A stretch of 64,000 bases of DNA from an uncultured delta proteobacterium (GTDB lineage: Bacteria; Desulfobacterota; RBG-13-43-22), in contig CAWBOS010000006.1 of assembly GCA_963790475.1 (NCBI GenBank), positions 608,001 to 672,000 on the forward strand, written 5' to 3'. Below are positions 29,086 to 39,657 of the stretch, one piece after another; the stretch's first letter is position 1; each line of letters begins with the position of its first letter. The notes under the pieces are model-generated. The model did no database searches. It saw only the letters and a list, made by a program, of their open reading frames with translations, and was not told the DNA's origin. Position numbers and translations under genes: made by a program.

Positions 29086-30222
29086 TTATCCGTTCGATTG
29101 AACTGAAAAGCCGGGCTTCGGCGGAGGGCTCTTTCTGCCCAAGGGCAAAGATACGGTGAAAATACTTCCTTGAGGCTGGTTGTTCCGGAGAGATAAGCGT
29201 CCTTGGTGTAATTCTATTATCCTCTTTGAGATGGCTAGCCCAAGTCCCGAACCTTCTTTTTTTGTGGAATAAAAAGGGGCGAATATCTTCTCCTGAATTT
29301 CCGGCGGAATACCGCAGCCCAGGTCGGTCACCTCGATAATAACCTGTCCTTTCTGTCGCCGAGTGCGCACCAGGACCGGTTGTTCAGGACACGAAGCCTG
29401 AATGGCATTCAGGATCAAATTATGTAAGACCTGAGTAAGCCTGGTATGATCGGCCTGGATCGAAGGCAGGTCTCCTTCCAAATTGGAAACCAGCAGGATT
29501 TGATTTTGTTCCGCCCGGGGATGAATGGTTTTCAGGACCTCTTGAATCAAATGATTGATGTCCACAAGAGAAAAATCGGCATCGATCGGCCGGGAAAAAT
29601 GAATCATGTCTTGGAGCATGATCTCGATTCGCTGACATTCCCGGTTGATAACCGCTAATCGTTCCCTATTGGGATCTTCGGGATTGGTTTTTCGCAGGAG
29701 CCTTTGGACATAAGCTCCGATAGTGATGACTGGGTTTTTTAATTCATGGGCTATCGAGGCCGCGGCTTCTCCGAGTACGGCCAGGTGTTCCTGATCCTGC
29801 CGCAGTTGGGCTTCGAGTCTCTCCCGATCGACCAATAAACCGATCAGGATCCCGAAGGCAAAAAAGAGGACGACCTCATCCACATGCCCATCGTGGCGAG
29901 AACCGGGGAACCAATCCACCCAGTGAGGAATAAACAAACAAGTCACTACGACGGCGGCCAGAACGCCCCCTCTGAAACCGAAGAGAAGACCGCTCAATAC
30001 AATAGGCAGGTAATAGAGACGATGGAGGATCTCCGGAGGCACACGGGTAGGTATCCAGCCCTGATCCAGAAAAAAAATAACAACCAGTAAAAAAAGGATA
30101 GGAAGGATCTTCCAATATAAGGGAATGAACTTATAGCGGGTCCAGAGGGAATAGAACGCACTTTTCTTATATTGGGATATCATGAGTTCATGACCATTTT
30201 TAGAAAGGTGATTTTTACCCAT
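29086..30222 (-). CDS. Membrane sensor histidine kinase (orphan)
   Basis: TM region (YYLPIV), AHELKNP, NLILNA, D.G.GI, GSGLGL. Confidence 0.92.
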   Translation of the reverse strand: MGKNHLSKNGHELMISQYKKSAFYSLWTRYKFIPLYWKILPILFLLVVIFFLDQGWIPTRVPPEILHRLYYLPIVLSGLLFGFRGGVLAAVVVTCLFIPHWVDWFPGSRHDGHVDEVVLFFAFGILIGLLVDRERLEAQLRQDQEHLAVLGEAAASIAHELKNPVITIGAYVQRLLRKTNPEDPNRERLAVINRECQRIEIMLQDMIHFSRPIDADFSLVDINHLIQEVLKTIHPRAEQNQILLVSNLEGDLPSIQADHTRLTQVLHNLILNAIQASCPEQPVLVRTRRQKGQVIIEVTDLGCGIPPEIQEKIFAPFYSTKKEGSGLGLAISKRIIELHQGRLSLRNNQPQGSIFTVSLPLGRKSPPPKPGFSVQSNG

Positions 30223-30251
30223 TGTATGACTTCTCTAATTTTATTTTTCGC

Positions 30252-32105
30252 CTATGAGCCTGCCGCTAAAATCTCTCTTAATTCCTCTCCTTCGATCACC
30301 TCTTTTTCAAGGAGACGTTGGGCCAGGGTGGCCAGCTGGCTTAAATGCTCTTTTAATATTCGATCGGCTATCCCCTGGGCCTGTTCGATTATCTTTCTCA
30401 CTTCCTGATCGATGGATCGGGAAGTTTCCTCGCTGATGGAGCGGCCGGTATCATATCCCAGGCCGGTTTCCAGAAACAAAGGCCGACGCTCTTTCTCAAA
30501 TGTGACGACACCCAAATCACTCATTCCATATTCCCGAACCATGCGTTCGGCAATATCCGTGGCCCGCAAAAGGTCGTTCTGGGCCCCAGTGGAAATTTCC
30601 TTAAAATGAAGTTCTTCGGCCATCCGGCCTCCCAAAAGGACACCCATACGATCCAACAATTCTCCTTTGGTCATCAGGTAGCGGTCTTCGGTAGGTAGTT
30701 GTTGAGTATACCCCAAGGCCCCAATCCCTCTGGGGATGATGGAAACCTTATGGACCGGATCGGCATTCGGCAAAATTTCGGCCACAATGGCATGACCGGC
30801 TTCGTGGTAAGCCACGATCTCTTTTTCTTTTTCATTCATCCTGCGGTTCTTTTTTTCCAGGCCGGCAATCACCCGATCAATGGCATCATCGAAATCCTTC
30901 ATGTCCACTTCTTTTTTATCTTTCCGGGCTGCCAGCAGTGCCGCTTCGTTGACAATGTTGGCCAGATCGGCCCCGACAAAACCCGGGGTTCGGGCGGCGA
31001 TCACCTTAAGGTTGACTTCCGGTGCCAGAGTGACTCCCTTGCTGTGCACCTTAAGGATCGCCTCCCGGCCCAGGACATCGGGCTTATCGATCATCACATG
31101 CCGGTCGAAACGACCGGGGCGAAGCAAAGCCGGGTCAAGAATTTCAGGCCGGTTGGTGGCGGCCATGATTATGACCCCCTTTTCGGTGTTAAAGCCGTCC
31201 ATCTCGACCAGAAGCTGGTTGAGCGTTTGCTCCCTTTCATCGTGCCCCCCCATAGGGTTAATCCCCCGGGCCTTGCCCAGGGCGTCCAATTCATCAACAA
31301 AGATGATACAAGGGGCCTTTTGCTGGGCCTGGGTAAAGAGGTCCCGGACCCTGGCCGCCCCCACACCGACAAACATCTCCACAAAATCAGAGCCGCTCAT
31401 ACTGAAAAAAGGGACCCCGGCCTCTCCGGCCACAGCTTTGGCCAGGAGCGTCTTGCCTGTTCCCGGAGCGCCCACCAATAAAACCCCTTTAGGAATCTTG
31501 CCGCCCAATCGCTGGAATTTTTGGGGAAATTTCAAAAATTCAATAACCTCTTTGAGTTCTTCCTTGGCCTCATCGATTCCAGCCACATCATCAAATTTGA
31601 TATTAATATCTTTTTCCATATACACTTTGGCCTTGCTTTTTCCAATAGACATCAGGCCGCCGCTGACCCCCCCCATCCGTCGCATCAAAAAGCCCCAGAC
31701 CACAACAAAAAAGCCAATCGGCAGAATCCAGTTGGTAAAAAATTTAACAAGTTTATTTTCCAATTTTCCGGTAAATTTTATCCCGGCCGATTCAAGGTCC
31801 TTGACCAGGTCCGGATCCTGCACTCGGGCGGTGAGAAACGGCCGGTCCCCTTTCCCTTTACCCAATTGTTTGATGGTTTCTGAAGACACCAGCCCTTCAA
31901 TATCTGAAGCCCTTACTTTGCCGGAGATCAGGTCTTCATAGATAACAATGTCCGACAATTTATTGGACTTCAATAATTTTTTAAATTCATTATAGGGAAT
32001 TTGACCTACTTGGTCGGACAGAAAGTAAGTCTGGAAGGCCATCAGAATGATCATGGCCAGGACAAAATACCAGATTGAAAAATGGGTCTTTTTTTCTATG
32101 GGCAT
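30252..32105 (-). CDS. ftsH: ATP-dependent zinc metalloprotease FtsH
   Basis: [31 protein letters not shown]. Confidence 0.97.
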   Translation of the reverse strand: MPIEKKTHFSIWYFVLAMIILMAFQTYFLSDQVGQIPYNEFKKLLKSNKLSDIVIYEDLISGKVRASDIEGLVSSETIKQLGKGKGDRPFLTARVQDPDLVKDLESAGIKFTGKLENKLVKFFTNWILPIGFFVVVWGFLMRRMGGVSGGLMSIGKSKAKVYMEKDINIKFDDVAGIDEAKEELKEVIEFLKFPQKFQRLGGKIPKGVLLVGAPGTGKTLLAKAVAGEAGVPFFSMSGSDFVEMFVGVGAARVRDLFTQAQQKAPCIIFVDELDALGKARGINPMGGHDEREQTLNQLLVEMDGFNTEKGVIIMAATNRPEILDPALLRPGRFDRHVMIDKPDVLGREAILKVHSKGVTLAPEVNLKVIAARTPGFVGADLANIVNEAALLAARKDKKEVDMKDFDDAIDRVIAGLEKKNRRMNEKEKEIVAYHEAGHAIVAEILPNADPVHKVSIIPRGIGALGYTQQLPTEDRYLMTKGELLDRMGVLLGGRMAEELHFKEISTGAQNDLLRATDIAERMVREYGMSDLGVVTFEKERRPLFLETGLGYDTGRSISEETSRSIDQEVRKIIEQAQGIADRILKEHLSQLATLAQRLLEKEVIEGEELREILAAGS

Positions 32106-32138
32106 AAAAAGGGGGTCCTTTAGTTTGTTCGAAAATGG

Positions 32139-32203
32139 GGTTCAAGGGGTCAAGGACCCAAGTGAAAGGCGTGGAAGGTACAACCCTTGAATCCTCGAAT
32201 CCT
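32139..32203. repeat. Degenerate 8-mer array palindrome
   Basis: GGTTCAAG GGGTCAAG GACCCAAG ... CTTGAATC CTCGAATC. Confidence 0.65.
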
Positions 32204-32220
32204 ATTTTTCAACTGTTATA

Positions 32221-32793
32221 TCAACGGGAGCGAAGCCAGTAATCAATAACTCTTCGCCCGATGACGGCGACAAAAAACCCTGTGACCAGGATGATAAGAA
32301 TGGCCCATTCTATATTTTTAACAATCCGTTCACACGAATCTCCGACCCAATAGCCCAAGGTGGCAAAAAGAATGGCCCAGACGGTACAGCTGATCAATTG
32401 CAGGGAAACAAACTTGGTGATTTTCATATCCAGGATGCCGAAAGCCAGGGCGCTGGCCAACCGTAACCCGAAGACATACTGGGTAATGAACAGACTGGTG
32501 GTTTCATGACGGCGGATGAGGACCTCAGCCTGTTGTATCTTCCGTTGAAACTTAGGAAACCTGAACAAAATCCAGGGGGAGGCAGATTTTCCCAAGGAAT
32601 AAAAGACCAAGTGACCCAGATAAGAGGCAAAAACGGAGGTGGCGATGACTTTCCAAAAGTTGAGATGCCCCTGATGGGAGAGCAAGCCGCCCAGAACCAA
32701 GGTGGTTTCTCCTTCAAAGAAAGTCCCGGCAAAAATAATCAAATAACCATATTCCTGGAAAAGGTAGACCAGTTGTAAGAATTTTACAGACAC
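32221..32793 (-). CDS. DedA family membrane protein
   Basis: GY..IF.GTFFEGET..L.GG, F..GLR. Confidence 0.9.
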   Translation of the reverse strand: MSVKFLQLVYLFQEYGYLIIFAGTFFEGETTLVLGGLLSHQGHLNFWKVIATSVFASYLGHLVFYSLGKSASPWILFRFPKFQRKIQQAEVLIRRHETTSLFITQYVFGLRLASALAFGILDMKITKFVSLQLISCTVWAILFATLGYWVGDSCERIVKNIEWAILIILVTGFFVAVIGRRVIDYWLRSR

Positions 32794-33080
32794 CCCAAGC
32801 CCTCTTTCATTTCCGGTCCCCCTCCAATGAAAAAAATTCCCAGGGTTTTGGGTAAAAAGATTTTATGAAAAAGCCTTCTCCGGTGTCCCGGCTTAGCGCT
32901 CCAGATAAATTCCCCGCTAATCGATAGATCCTTTTATCATAAAATATCCATCGGGGGCAAGTTAAGGTTGTTTCATAAAACAGCGAAACAGAAGATACTT
33001 GACACGGCTTGATATTTTTTACTAAAGTATTATATACTTGTAAAACACTTTTTTCATCCCAATGCAACAAGAAAGAGTCC

Positions 33081-34094
33081 ATGTCCTCTAGGATATTAGT
33101 CACCGGCGCTGCCGGGTTTATCGGTTTCCATCTTTGTAGGCGTCTCCTGGCAGACGGGAATCAGGTGATCGGTCTGGATAATCTGAATGAATACTACGAT
33201 GTCCGGTTGAAGCTGGATCGTCTGGGGCGGATTAAGGACCATGATCATTTTCATTTTTTTCAAATTGACCTCTCCGATCGAGAGGCGATCGCGCGCCTTT
33301 TCGCCGAGCAGGGATTTGATAAAGTGGTCAATCTGGCCGCTCAGGCCGGGGTACGTTATTCCCTGGTCAATCCCTACGCCTATGCCGAAACCAACCTCAT
33401 GGGGTTTTTAAATATCCTGGAAGGGTGCCGGCATCACCGGATCAAGCACTTGGTCTTTGCCTCGTCCAGCTCGGTTTATGGGGCCAATACCCGGATGCCT
33501 TTTTCCGTACACGACAACGTGGATCACCCGGTTTCTTTATATGCGGCCACCAAGAAGGCCAACGAACTGATGGCCCATACTTATGCCAGTTTGTTTAAAT
33601 TAGCTTGCACCGGTCTTCGGTTTTTCACGGTCTATGGTCCCTGGGGCCGGCCGGACATGGCCCTGTTCCTTTTTACCAGGGCTATCCTGGAGGGAAAGCC
33701 CATTGACGTTTTCAACTATGGTAAGATGCAGAGGGACTTCACTTACATTGACGACATCGTCGAAGGAGTGGTTCGGGTTTTGGACAAGATTCCTGAACCC
33801 AATTTGGAATGGAACGGCCGACAGCCGGATTCGGCCACCAGTTACGCCCCCTACCGAATATACAACATCGGGAATAACCACCCGGTTGAACTATTGTACT
33901 TTATCAAAGTCCTGGAACAATGTCTTGGGAAAAAAGCCCAAAAGAATCTTATATCCATTCAACCTGGCGATGTACCGGCCACCTATGCCGATGTAGAGGA
34001 CCTGAAGAACGAAGTGGGGTTCAAACCGGCCACTCCCATTGAAAAGGGAATCCAGAACTTTGTGGATTGGTATCGGGAGTATTATCAGGTATAA
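33081..34094 (+). CDS. NAD-dependent epimerase (UDP-glucuronate 4-epimerase-like)
   Basis: [35 protein letters not shown]. Confidence 0.95.
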   Translation: MSSRILVTGAAGFIGFHLCRRLLADGNQVIGLDNLNEYYDVRLKLDRLGRIKDHDHFHFFQIDLSDREAIARLFAEQGFDKVVNLAAQAGVRYSLVNPYAYAETNLMGFLNILEGCRHHRIKHLVFASSSSVYGANTRMPFSVHDNVDHPVSLYAATKKANELMAHTYASLFKLACTGLRFFTVYGPWGRPDMALFLFTRAILEGKPIDVFNYGKMQRDFTYIDDIVEGVVRVLDKIPEPNLEWNGRQPDSATSYAPYRIYNIGNNHPVELLYFIKVLEQCLGKKAQKNLISIQPGDVPATYADVEDLKNEVGFKPATPIEKGIQNFVDWYREYYQV

Positions 34095-34161
34095 TAGGCT
34101 GAAGGATAAGTTTCTGGTGTCCGGCGACCATCATCATCCTTAACAATGCCGGTAACAGGAG

Positions 34162-35670
34162 ATGATCCGGAAACGATTCGATTCTTTGTTGTTGGTTGTT
34201 TTCCTTTTTTTCTTAGGAGGAGAATCCGCTCTTTCTGAAGACTCACCTCCGTATGGACCCAAATCAAGGAGGCCTGCCATGACACAAGATATCAGAAAAT
34301 CCATCATTGCCGGCAGTTGGTATCCCGGGACATCGGAAACCCTGCGTTCCCAGATCCAGGGTTTCATCAAAGCAGTTCCCGATAGGCCGGAAATAACCGG
34401 AGAACTGATCGCCCTGATCGTCCCTCATGCCGGCTATGTTTACTCAGGCGGGGTGGCTGCCCATGCCTATAAGCTCTTATTAACCCGACCTTTCCCCGAG
34501 GTCGTGATTATTGCCCCCAGCCACCGCCACCCTTTTAAAGGGGCCTCTATCGACCTGAAGACCGCCTATGAAACCCCTCTCGGCCTCATCCCGGTAGATC
34601 GGTTATCAGCCCAGTCCCTTTTCGAAAAAAGCTCGATTTTTAAATACGTCCCGCAAGGACATGATCAGGAACATTCCCTGGAAATACAGCTTCCTTTTTT
34701 GCAGGAAACTCTTGGGAAATTCTCAATGGTACCCATCATTCAAGGTTCCCAGGATCTGTCTACCTGTGAAGAAATGGCCCGGGCCTTGGCCGAGGTTCTC
34801 AAAGGGAAAAAAGTCCTGTTGGTCGCCAGCAGCGATCTATCCCATTTCCATCCTTACGAACAGGCGAAAGCTCTGGACAAGAAAGTCTTGAGACGGGTGG
34901 AGGCTTTTGATGAGCGGGGCTTAATGCAGGATATGATCCAGGATCAGGTGGAAGCCTGCGGTGGCGGGCCGATCGTTACGGTGATGAAAACAGCCCGACT
35001 CCTTTCTGCCGATCGGTCATTGGTATTGAACTATGCCAACTCCGGGGATGTCACCGGTGACCGCTCCGGGGTGGTGGGTTATATGTCGGCGGCTATTTTT
35101 AAATCAAGCCCGGAGAAGGGAAAAAACAAGGAAAATGGTTTTTCCAGGGAGGAAAAAGATTTTTTGCATCGGCTGGCCCGAGGAGCCATTGAACACCATC
35201 TCTTGGGCAGCCTTATGCCCACCCGTGAGGGGGAACCCCGAAGATTATCTGAAAAAAGGGGGGCTTTCGTAACCCTGAAGACCCACGGCCAGTTGCGGGG
35301 CTGTATCGGCCATATCCAGGCCCTAAAGCCCCTTTCACAAACCATTATCGATATGGCCCAAGCCGCCGCCTTTCAGGACCCGCGGTTTCCGCCCCTTTCC
35401 AAGCGGGAGCTCAAAGACCTGTCTATAGAAATCTCGGCCCTGACCCCATTACGTCAGATACAGGACACCAAGGAAATTCAGGTGGGAAAACATGGACTGT
35501 ATATCGAACGGGGATTTAACTCCGGACTTCTCTTGCCCCAGGTGGCCACCGAATATGGCTGGAACACCCAAACCTTTTTGGAGCAGACCTGTCAGAAGGC
35601 CGGTCTCCCCAAGGATGCCTGGAAAGATAGCAAAACAAAAATCCAAATCTTTTCGGCCGAGATATTTTGA
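34162..35670 (+). CDS. amrB: Fused AmmeMemoRadiSam protein B (MEMO1) and A (AMMECR1)
   Basis: AGSWYP, PHAGY.YSG, EHSLE.QLPFLQ, SSDLSH; then LRGCIG, DPRF, LLLPQV. Alternative start 34279. Confidence 0.92.
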   Translation: MIRKRFDSLLLVVFLFFLGGESALSEDSPPYGPKSRRPAMTQDIRKSIIAGSWYPGTSETLRSQIQGFIKAVPDRPEITGELIALIVPHAGYVYSGGVAAHAYKLLLTRPFPEVVIIAPSHRHPFKGASIDLKTAYETPLGLIPVDRLSAQSLFEKSSIFKYVPQGHDQEHSLEIQLPFLQETLGKFSMVPIIQGSQDLSTCEEMARALAEVLKGKKVLLVASSDLSHFHPYEQAKALDKKVLRRVEAFDERGLMQDMIQDQVEACGGGPIVTVMKTARLLSADRSLVLNYANSGDVTGDRSGVVGYMSAAIFKSSPEKGKNKENGFSREEKDFLHRLARGAIEHHLLGSLMPTREGEPRRLSEKRGAFVTLKTHGQLRGCIGHIQALKPLSQTIIDMAQAAAFQDPRFPPLSKRELKDLSIEISALTPLRQIQDTKEIQVGKHGLYIERGFNSGLLLPQVATEYGWNTQTFLEQTCQKAGLPKDAWKDSKTKIQIFSAEIF

Positions 35671-35684
35671 TATGAAAATCCCTA

Positions 35685-36413
35685 TTATTTGGGTCCAAAG
35701 ACCGGCTGAGTCGGTGAAGGAGCCGCGGCGGGAGCGGGAGGAGACCTCTTCTTAGTTTTTTTGGTTCGAACAGGTTGGCTTTCGACTGCAGAAACGGCTG
35801 GGCTTACCTCTGCAGCGGGAGGCAACGATTTTTCCGTGAGGGCATTCAGAAATTCCTGGTCGGAAAAAAGCTTATCGATAAGGGAGGTCATGGAGTCACT
35901 GATGCTTTCATCATAATTAGTATCGCTAAGGCTTCGGCCTCTGTTTTTGCCGACACCGGCATAGGTGCGGCTGTAGTGGACACGCCCGTTTCTGTCTTTC
36001 ACGTCGATCTTTAACTGGGTTTGGGAATCATAAGTGGACGTTTCTACGGTCCAGAATTTAATCAGGGTTCCAGAGATAGTTTTTGCTGCCGCTCCGGCAC
36101 TATCCTCAACGGAAAATTTCTTCTGTCGAAACTCTCTGACCAGGACCGACCGGACAAAACCAGCGGGCTCATTAGAAGCCCTAATAGTAACTCTTTGATC
36201 CTTATCTTCCAGATTTTCTCCAATCGTTCTGGGATTGGACCGGGCATCTTGAATAGATTCAAAAAATATCCTGCTTGCCGGAACGTTTTTGGGATAAACT
36301 TTTACACTTTCTCTGGGTTTAAATTCAAGATCGACCGTCAGGCTGTCTGATTTGGCATAGAGTGTAAAAGGGATCAGCAAACAGAAAAGAAATACGTACA
36401 TGGTGTTTTTCAA
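35685..36413 (-). CDS. Exported hypothetical protein, YajG-like
   Basis: Signal peptide, D.R motif, Pro/Ala/Lys-rich tail. Confidence 0.7.
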   Translation of the reverse strand: MKNTMYVFLFCLLIPFTLYAKSDSLTVDLEFKPRESVKVYPKNVPASRIFFESIQDARSNPRTIGENLEDKDQRVTIRASNEPAGFVRSVLVREFRQKKFSVEDSAGAAAKTISGTLIKFWTVETSTYDSQTQLKIDVKDRNGRVHYSRTYAGVGKNRGRSLSDTNYDESISDSMTSLIDKLFSDQEFLNALTEKSLPPAAEVSPAVSAVESQPVRTKKTKKRSPPAPAAAPSPTQPVFGPK

Positions 36414-36603
36414 TGGAAGACCTCTGTTATGTTGGCAATTCTAAGAATACTAATAAACTTCAAGAAAGGGAATCATTATTGGGCGAATTATAAAAGGGGT
36501 TCCCAATTTGGTCAAGGGAAAAACAGAGGGGATTTTTTTTGTTCAACCTCTTATAAAGAGATCTTAACTTCAGCAACGCGTAAAATCCAATGGAGGGATT
36601 CCA

Positions 36604-38181
36604 ATTCATTTAGCCGAGCTTCTATTTAAAGCAGCCCGAGGTTATCCCCAAAAAGAGGGGGTTTGCTGTCATCAGGGGGTGTTCACTTATGAACAGTTTT
36701 CTCAAAGGGTCTTCCGACTGGCCCATTTTCTGAGAGACCGGGGTCTGGGGCCGGGCCGTCAGGTGGCGATTCTGCAATACAACTGTCATGTCTTCCTCGA
36801 ATCCTACTTTGCCGCCGCCCTCATCGGTGCGGCTTTGGTCCCCCTCAATTATCGTCTTTCATCCAGGGAAATAGGCTATATTCTCAACGACTCTGAATCC
36901 GATTTGATCATTCTCCATTCGGATTTCTTCCCCAAAATAGAATCCCTAAAGAATCTTAAAGTCACGCCCTCCAATATCCTGGTGGTGAATCACGGTGACC
37001 GCACTCCCTTGCCAGGGTTGGATTACGAGACCGTCCTTAGGTTCTCCTTTCCGGAACCTGTCCTGGATTGGGGTCCGGGAGTTGAGACTACGGCCCAGAT
37101 CTATTATACCAGCGGGACCACCGGCCGCCCCAAAGGGGTTATGCTCAGTCATAAAAATTGTCACCTTCATGCCCTGGGTACGATTGCCGAACTTCATTTG
37201 ACGGATTCCGATGTCTGGCTGCATGTGGCCCCCCTCTTCCACTTGGCCGATGCCTGGGCCACCTGGGCCGTGACCTGGACCGGCGGCACTCATGTCCTGG
37301 TCAAGGAATTCGATCCTCTTGCGGTTCTGGATACGATGGTCCGAGAAAAGGTCACCCTGACCAATATGATTCCCACCATGCTCAACCAGTTGATCCATCA
37401 CCCGGCTTTCCCGAACTATGCCTTTCCTCATCTTCGAGTCCTATTGAGCGGTGGAGCCCCGATTGCCCCGGAAGTGGTCCGAAAGATCATGCAAGGATTC
37501 GGTTGTGACTATATCCAAACCTATGGGATGACGGAGACCAGTCCTTTTCTGACCTTTTCCATATTGAAAGGGCATTTAAAAACCTTGCCGCTGGAAAAAC
37601 AGTTTCAGTTCAAGGCCAGGACCGGCCGGGCCTTCATCGGGGTTTCCCTTAAAGTGGTGCGGGAAAACGGCGAAGAAGTCAGGCCGGACGACCAGGAGGT
37701 CGGAGAAATCATTGTTCAAGGGGATACCATTACCCAGGGATATTGGAAACTACCTGAAGAGACCCGGAAGGCTATCAAAAACGGATGGCTTTATACCGGA
37801 GATCTGGCCGTAATGGATGAGGAAGGGTATGTCAATATCGTGGACCGGAAGAAAGACATGATTGTCACCGGAGGCGAGAATGTCTATTCCACTGAGGTTG
37901 AAAATATTCTCTATCAAATTCCCCAGATACTGGAAACCGCGGTCTTCGGGATCCCGGATGAAAAATGGGGTGAAGCCGTCCATGCCGCTGTGGTTTTGAA
38001 AGAAGGGCAGCAGGTCTCGGAAGAAGAAATCATCCAGTTTTGTAAAATGAACCTGGCCCGGTATAAGGCCCCCAAGTCAATTTCTTTCCTCGCCCAATTG
38101 CCCCGGACCGGTTCCGGCAAGCTTTTCAAAAAAGGCCTTCGAGATCCTTTCTGGGAACAATTTGATAAAAAGGTCCAATAA
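36604..38181 (+). CDS. Long-chain-fatty-acid--CoA ligase
   Basis: YTSGTTGRPKG, YGMTET, TGD, GGENV. Frame is open 25 codons upstream of GTG 36679, to an ATT after GGAGGG. Confidence 0.9.
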   Translation: MHLAELLFKAARGYPQKEGVCCHQGVFTYEQFSQRVFRLAHFLRDRGLGPGRQVAILQYNCHVFLESYFAAALIGAALVPLNYRLSSREIGYILNDSESDLIILHSDFFPKIESLKNLKVTPSNILVVNHGDRTPLPGLDYETVLRFSFPEPVLDWGPGVETTAQIYYTSGTTGRPKGVMLSHKNCHLHALGTIAELHLTDSDVWLHVAPLFHLADAWATWAVTWTGGTHVLVKEFDPLAVLDTMVREKVTLTNMIPTMLNQLIHHPAFPNYAFPHLRVLLSGGAPIAPEVVRKIMQGFGCDYIQTYGMTETSPFLTFSILKGHLKTLPLEKQFQFKARTGRAFIGVSLKVVRENGEEVRPDDQEVGEIIVQGDTITQGYWKLPEETRKAIKNGWLYTGDLAVMDEEGYVNIVDRKKDMIVTGGENVYSTEVENILYQIPQILETAVFGIPDEKWGEAVHAAVVLKEGQQVSEEEIIQFCKMNLARYKAPKSISFLAQLPRTGSGKLFKKGLRDPFWEQFDKKVQ

Positions 38182-38246
38182 ATTAATCCGGATCGACATT
38201 GCCGTAAACAATTTTTCTCCTTCTCAAGGTGAGGGGGCACCCCTTT

Positions 38247-39629
38247 CTATTGATGAGGGACCGAGCCCAAAACCGAAATATCCAACCAGCGTTCCACCTC
38301 CTCAGCCGATTTAAAGGTGGGATCGATATATTCCAATACGAAAGCCAGACCCAATCCCAGAATCGCTCCGGCCAACATCCCGATAATTGTATTCAAAAAC
38401 AGATCCGGTCTGACCGGGATGGTAGGGACATCGGCCTTGTCAATAAATTCGATATGAGCCAAGGGGTAGGCGTTCATGGCTTCGGAAAATCGGGTCTTCT
38501 CAATCTCGCGCAGGAGGTCACGGTATCCCTCTTCCTGCAGTTCAAAACTCCCCACCCGTTTTGAATATTCAAATTGTTTTTGAGCCAAAGTCGAATACCG
38601 GTCCAATATTTCCTTAAAGGTCTTAACGCGGGCTTCCAGGACCGCCATATCCACAGAACGTCCGTCGAGATCGGATTTAATTTCTGTGTTGAGAAGCTGT
38701 CGATGATGGTCGATCTCCTTCAGGATCATCCCATTTTCGGGAGAGCCCTCGGTATATTGAGACCGGAGAGCGGCCAATTGACTTTCCAGTTTGACCAGCT
38801 GGGTTTTTATGGACGACAAGACCGGATTCTCCCGGACCAATTTTTGAGGGACAAACCCTTTGCGGACCATCTCCCGAAGTCGATTTAAATAATCCTCGGC
38901 CTCTTTTAGGGCCATCCTGGCATTGAGATAATTGTTGTTATAGGTGATTAACTCAATATTGGCCCCTTGCTGTTTGACGGTGGAAATTAAAAAAGCTATT
39001 TCAGGTCCGGACAGGCCTTCGAAATTCTTCATCTGTTCTTCTGCCCGTCTCATTTTTTCCAATTGGGCCTGAGACTGCTTCTCCAAAAAATCAATGGTTT
39101 GTCGAGCGGTCTTTTCCTTCTGTTCCCGGGTGTAGGTCATACACTCCTGAGGCATCAGGTTGGCGGCTTCAGCCGCCCTAACCGGATTGCCGTCGGTAAC
39201 CTGAATGATGAGGACATCTGAACTGCTCAAATCAAATCCCTCAGGTGAAAAGACCCGGATATTTTGCTGAAAAGATTTGATTTGCTTAGAGGATATCTCC
39301 TTTTGATCCGGGAACAACCGGATCAGGACCCGCCGGGCGACTTCATCACTTCGGAGAATTTCCGCTTGGGATTGAAGGAAGGTCATCCGCTCTGTTCGAA
39401 AATCGTAATAGGGCAGCCCCTGAAGGGGTGGGTTGATCTTCCGTTCTTTGACCAGGATTTTGGCGGAAGTTACATATTTCGGCGGGAGAAGCCAACTGGA
39501 AATAAAACCCAGCCCGGTCAAAGCCAAAAAAGTGAAGAGGATTACCAAGGATCGTGAAGAAAGAATCCTCAAAAAATCTCTAAAAAAAGACCTTCTCCTG
39601 TAGGGGCGAATCAAAGCAGAGCTCTCCAT
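38247..39629 (-). CDS. Polysaccharide chain-length determinant (Wzz/GumC)
   Basis: TM-P.Y..SA.I, coiled coil, P..PV.P-TM, VLGSVP. Confidence 0.9.
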   Translation of the reverse strand: MESSALIRPYRRRSFFRDFLRILSSRSLVILFTFLALTGLGFISSWLLPPKYVTSAKILVKERKINPPLQGLPYYDFRTERMTFLQSQAEILRSDEVARRVLIRLFPDQKEISSKQIKSFQQNIRVFSPEGFDLSSSDVLIIQVTDGNPVRAAEAANLMPQECMTYTREQKEKTARQTIDFLEKQSQAQLEKMRRAEEQMKNFEGLSGPEIAFLISTVKQQGANIELITYNNNYLNARMALKEAEDYLNRLREMVRKGFVPQKLVRENPVLSSIKTQLVKLESQLAALRSQYTEGSPENGMILKEIDHHRQLLNTEIKSDLDGRSVDMAVLEARVKTFKEILDRYSTLAQKQFEYSKRVGSFELQEEGYRDLLREIEKTRFSEAMNAYPLAHIEFIDKADVPTIPVRPDLFLNTIIGMLAGAILGLGLAFVLEYIDPTFKSAEEVERWLDISVLGSVPHQ

Positions 39630-39657
39630 TTTAAGAACTTTCCCCTAGGACCCAGAA

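Noticed and set aside
30699-31941. Long plus-strand ORFs (260 and 353 aa) opposite ftsH
   Set aside because: Antisense shadows of a conserved gene with no motifs; the same applies to ORFs opposite purL, macB, the permease and ade.
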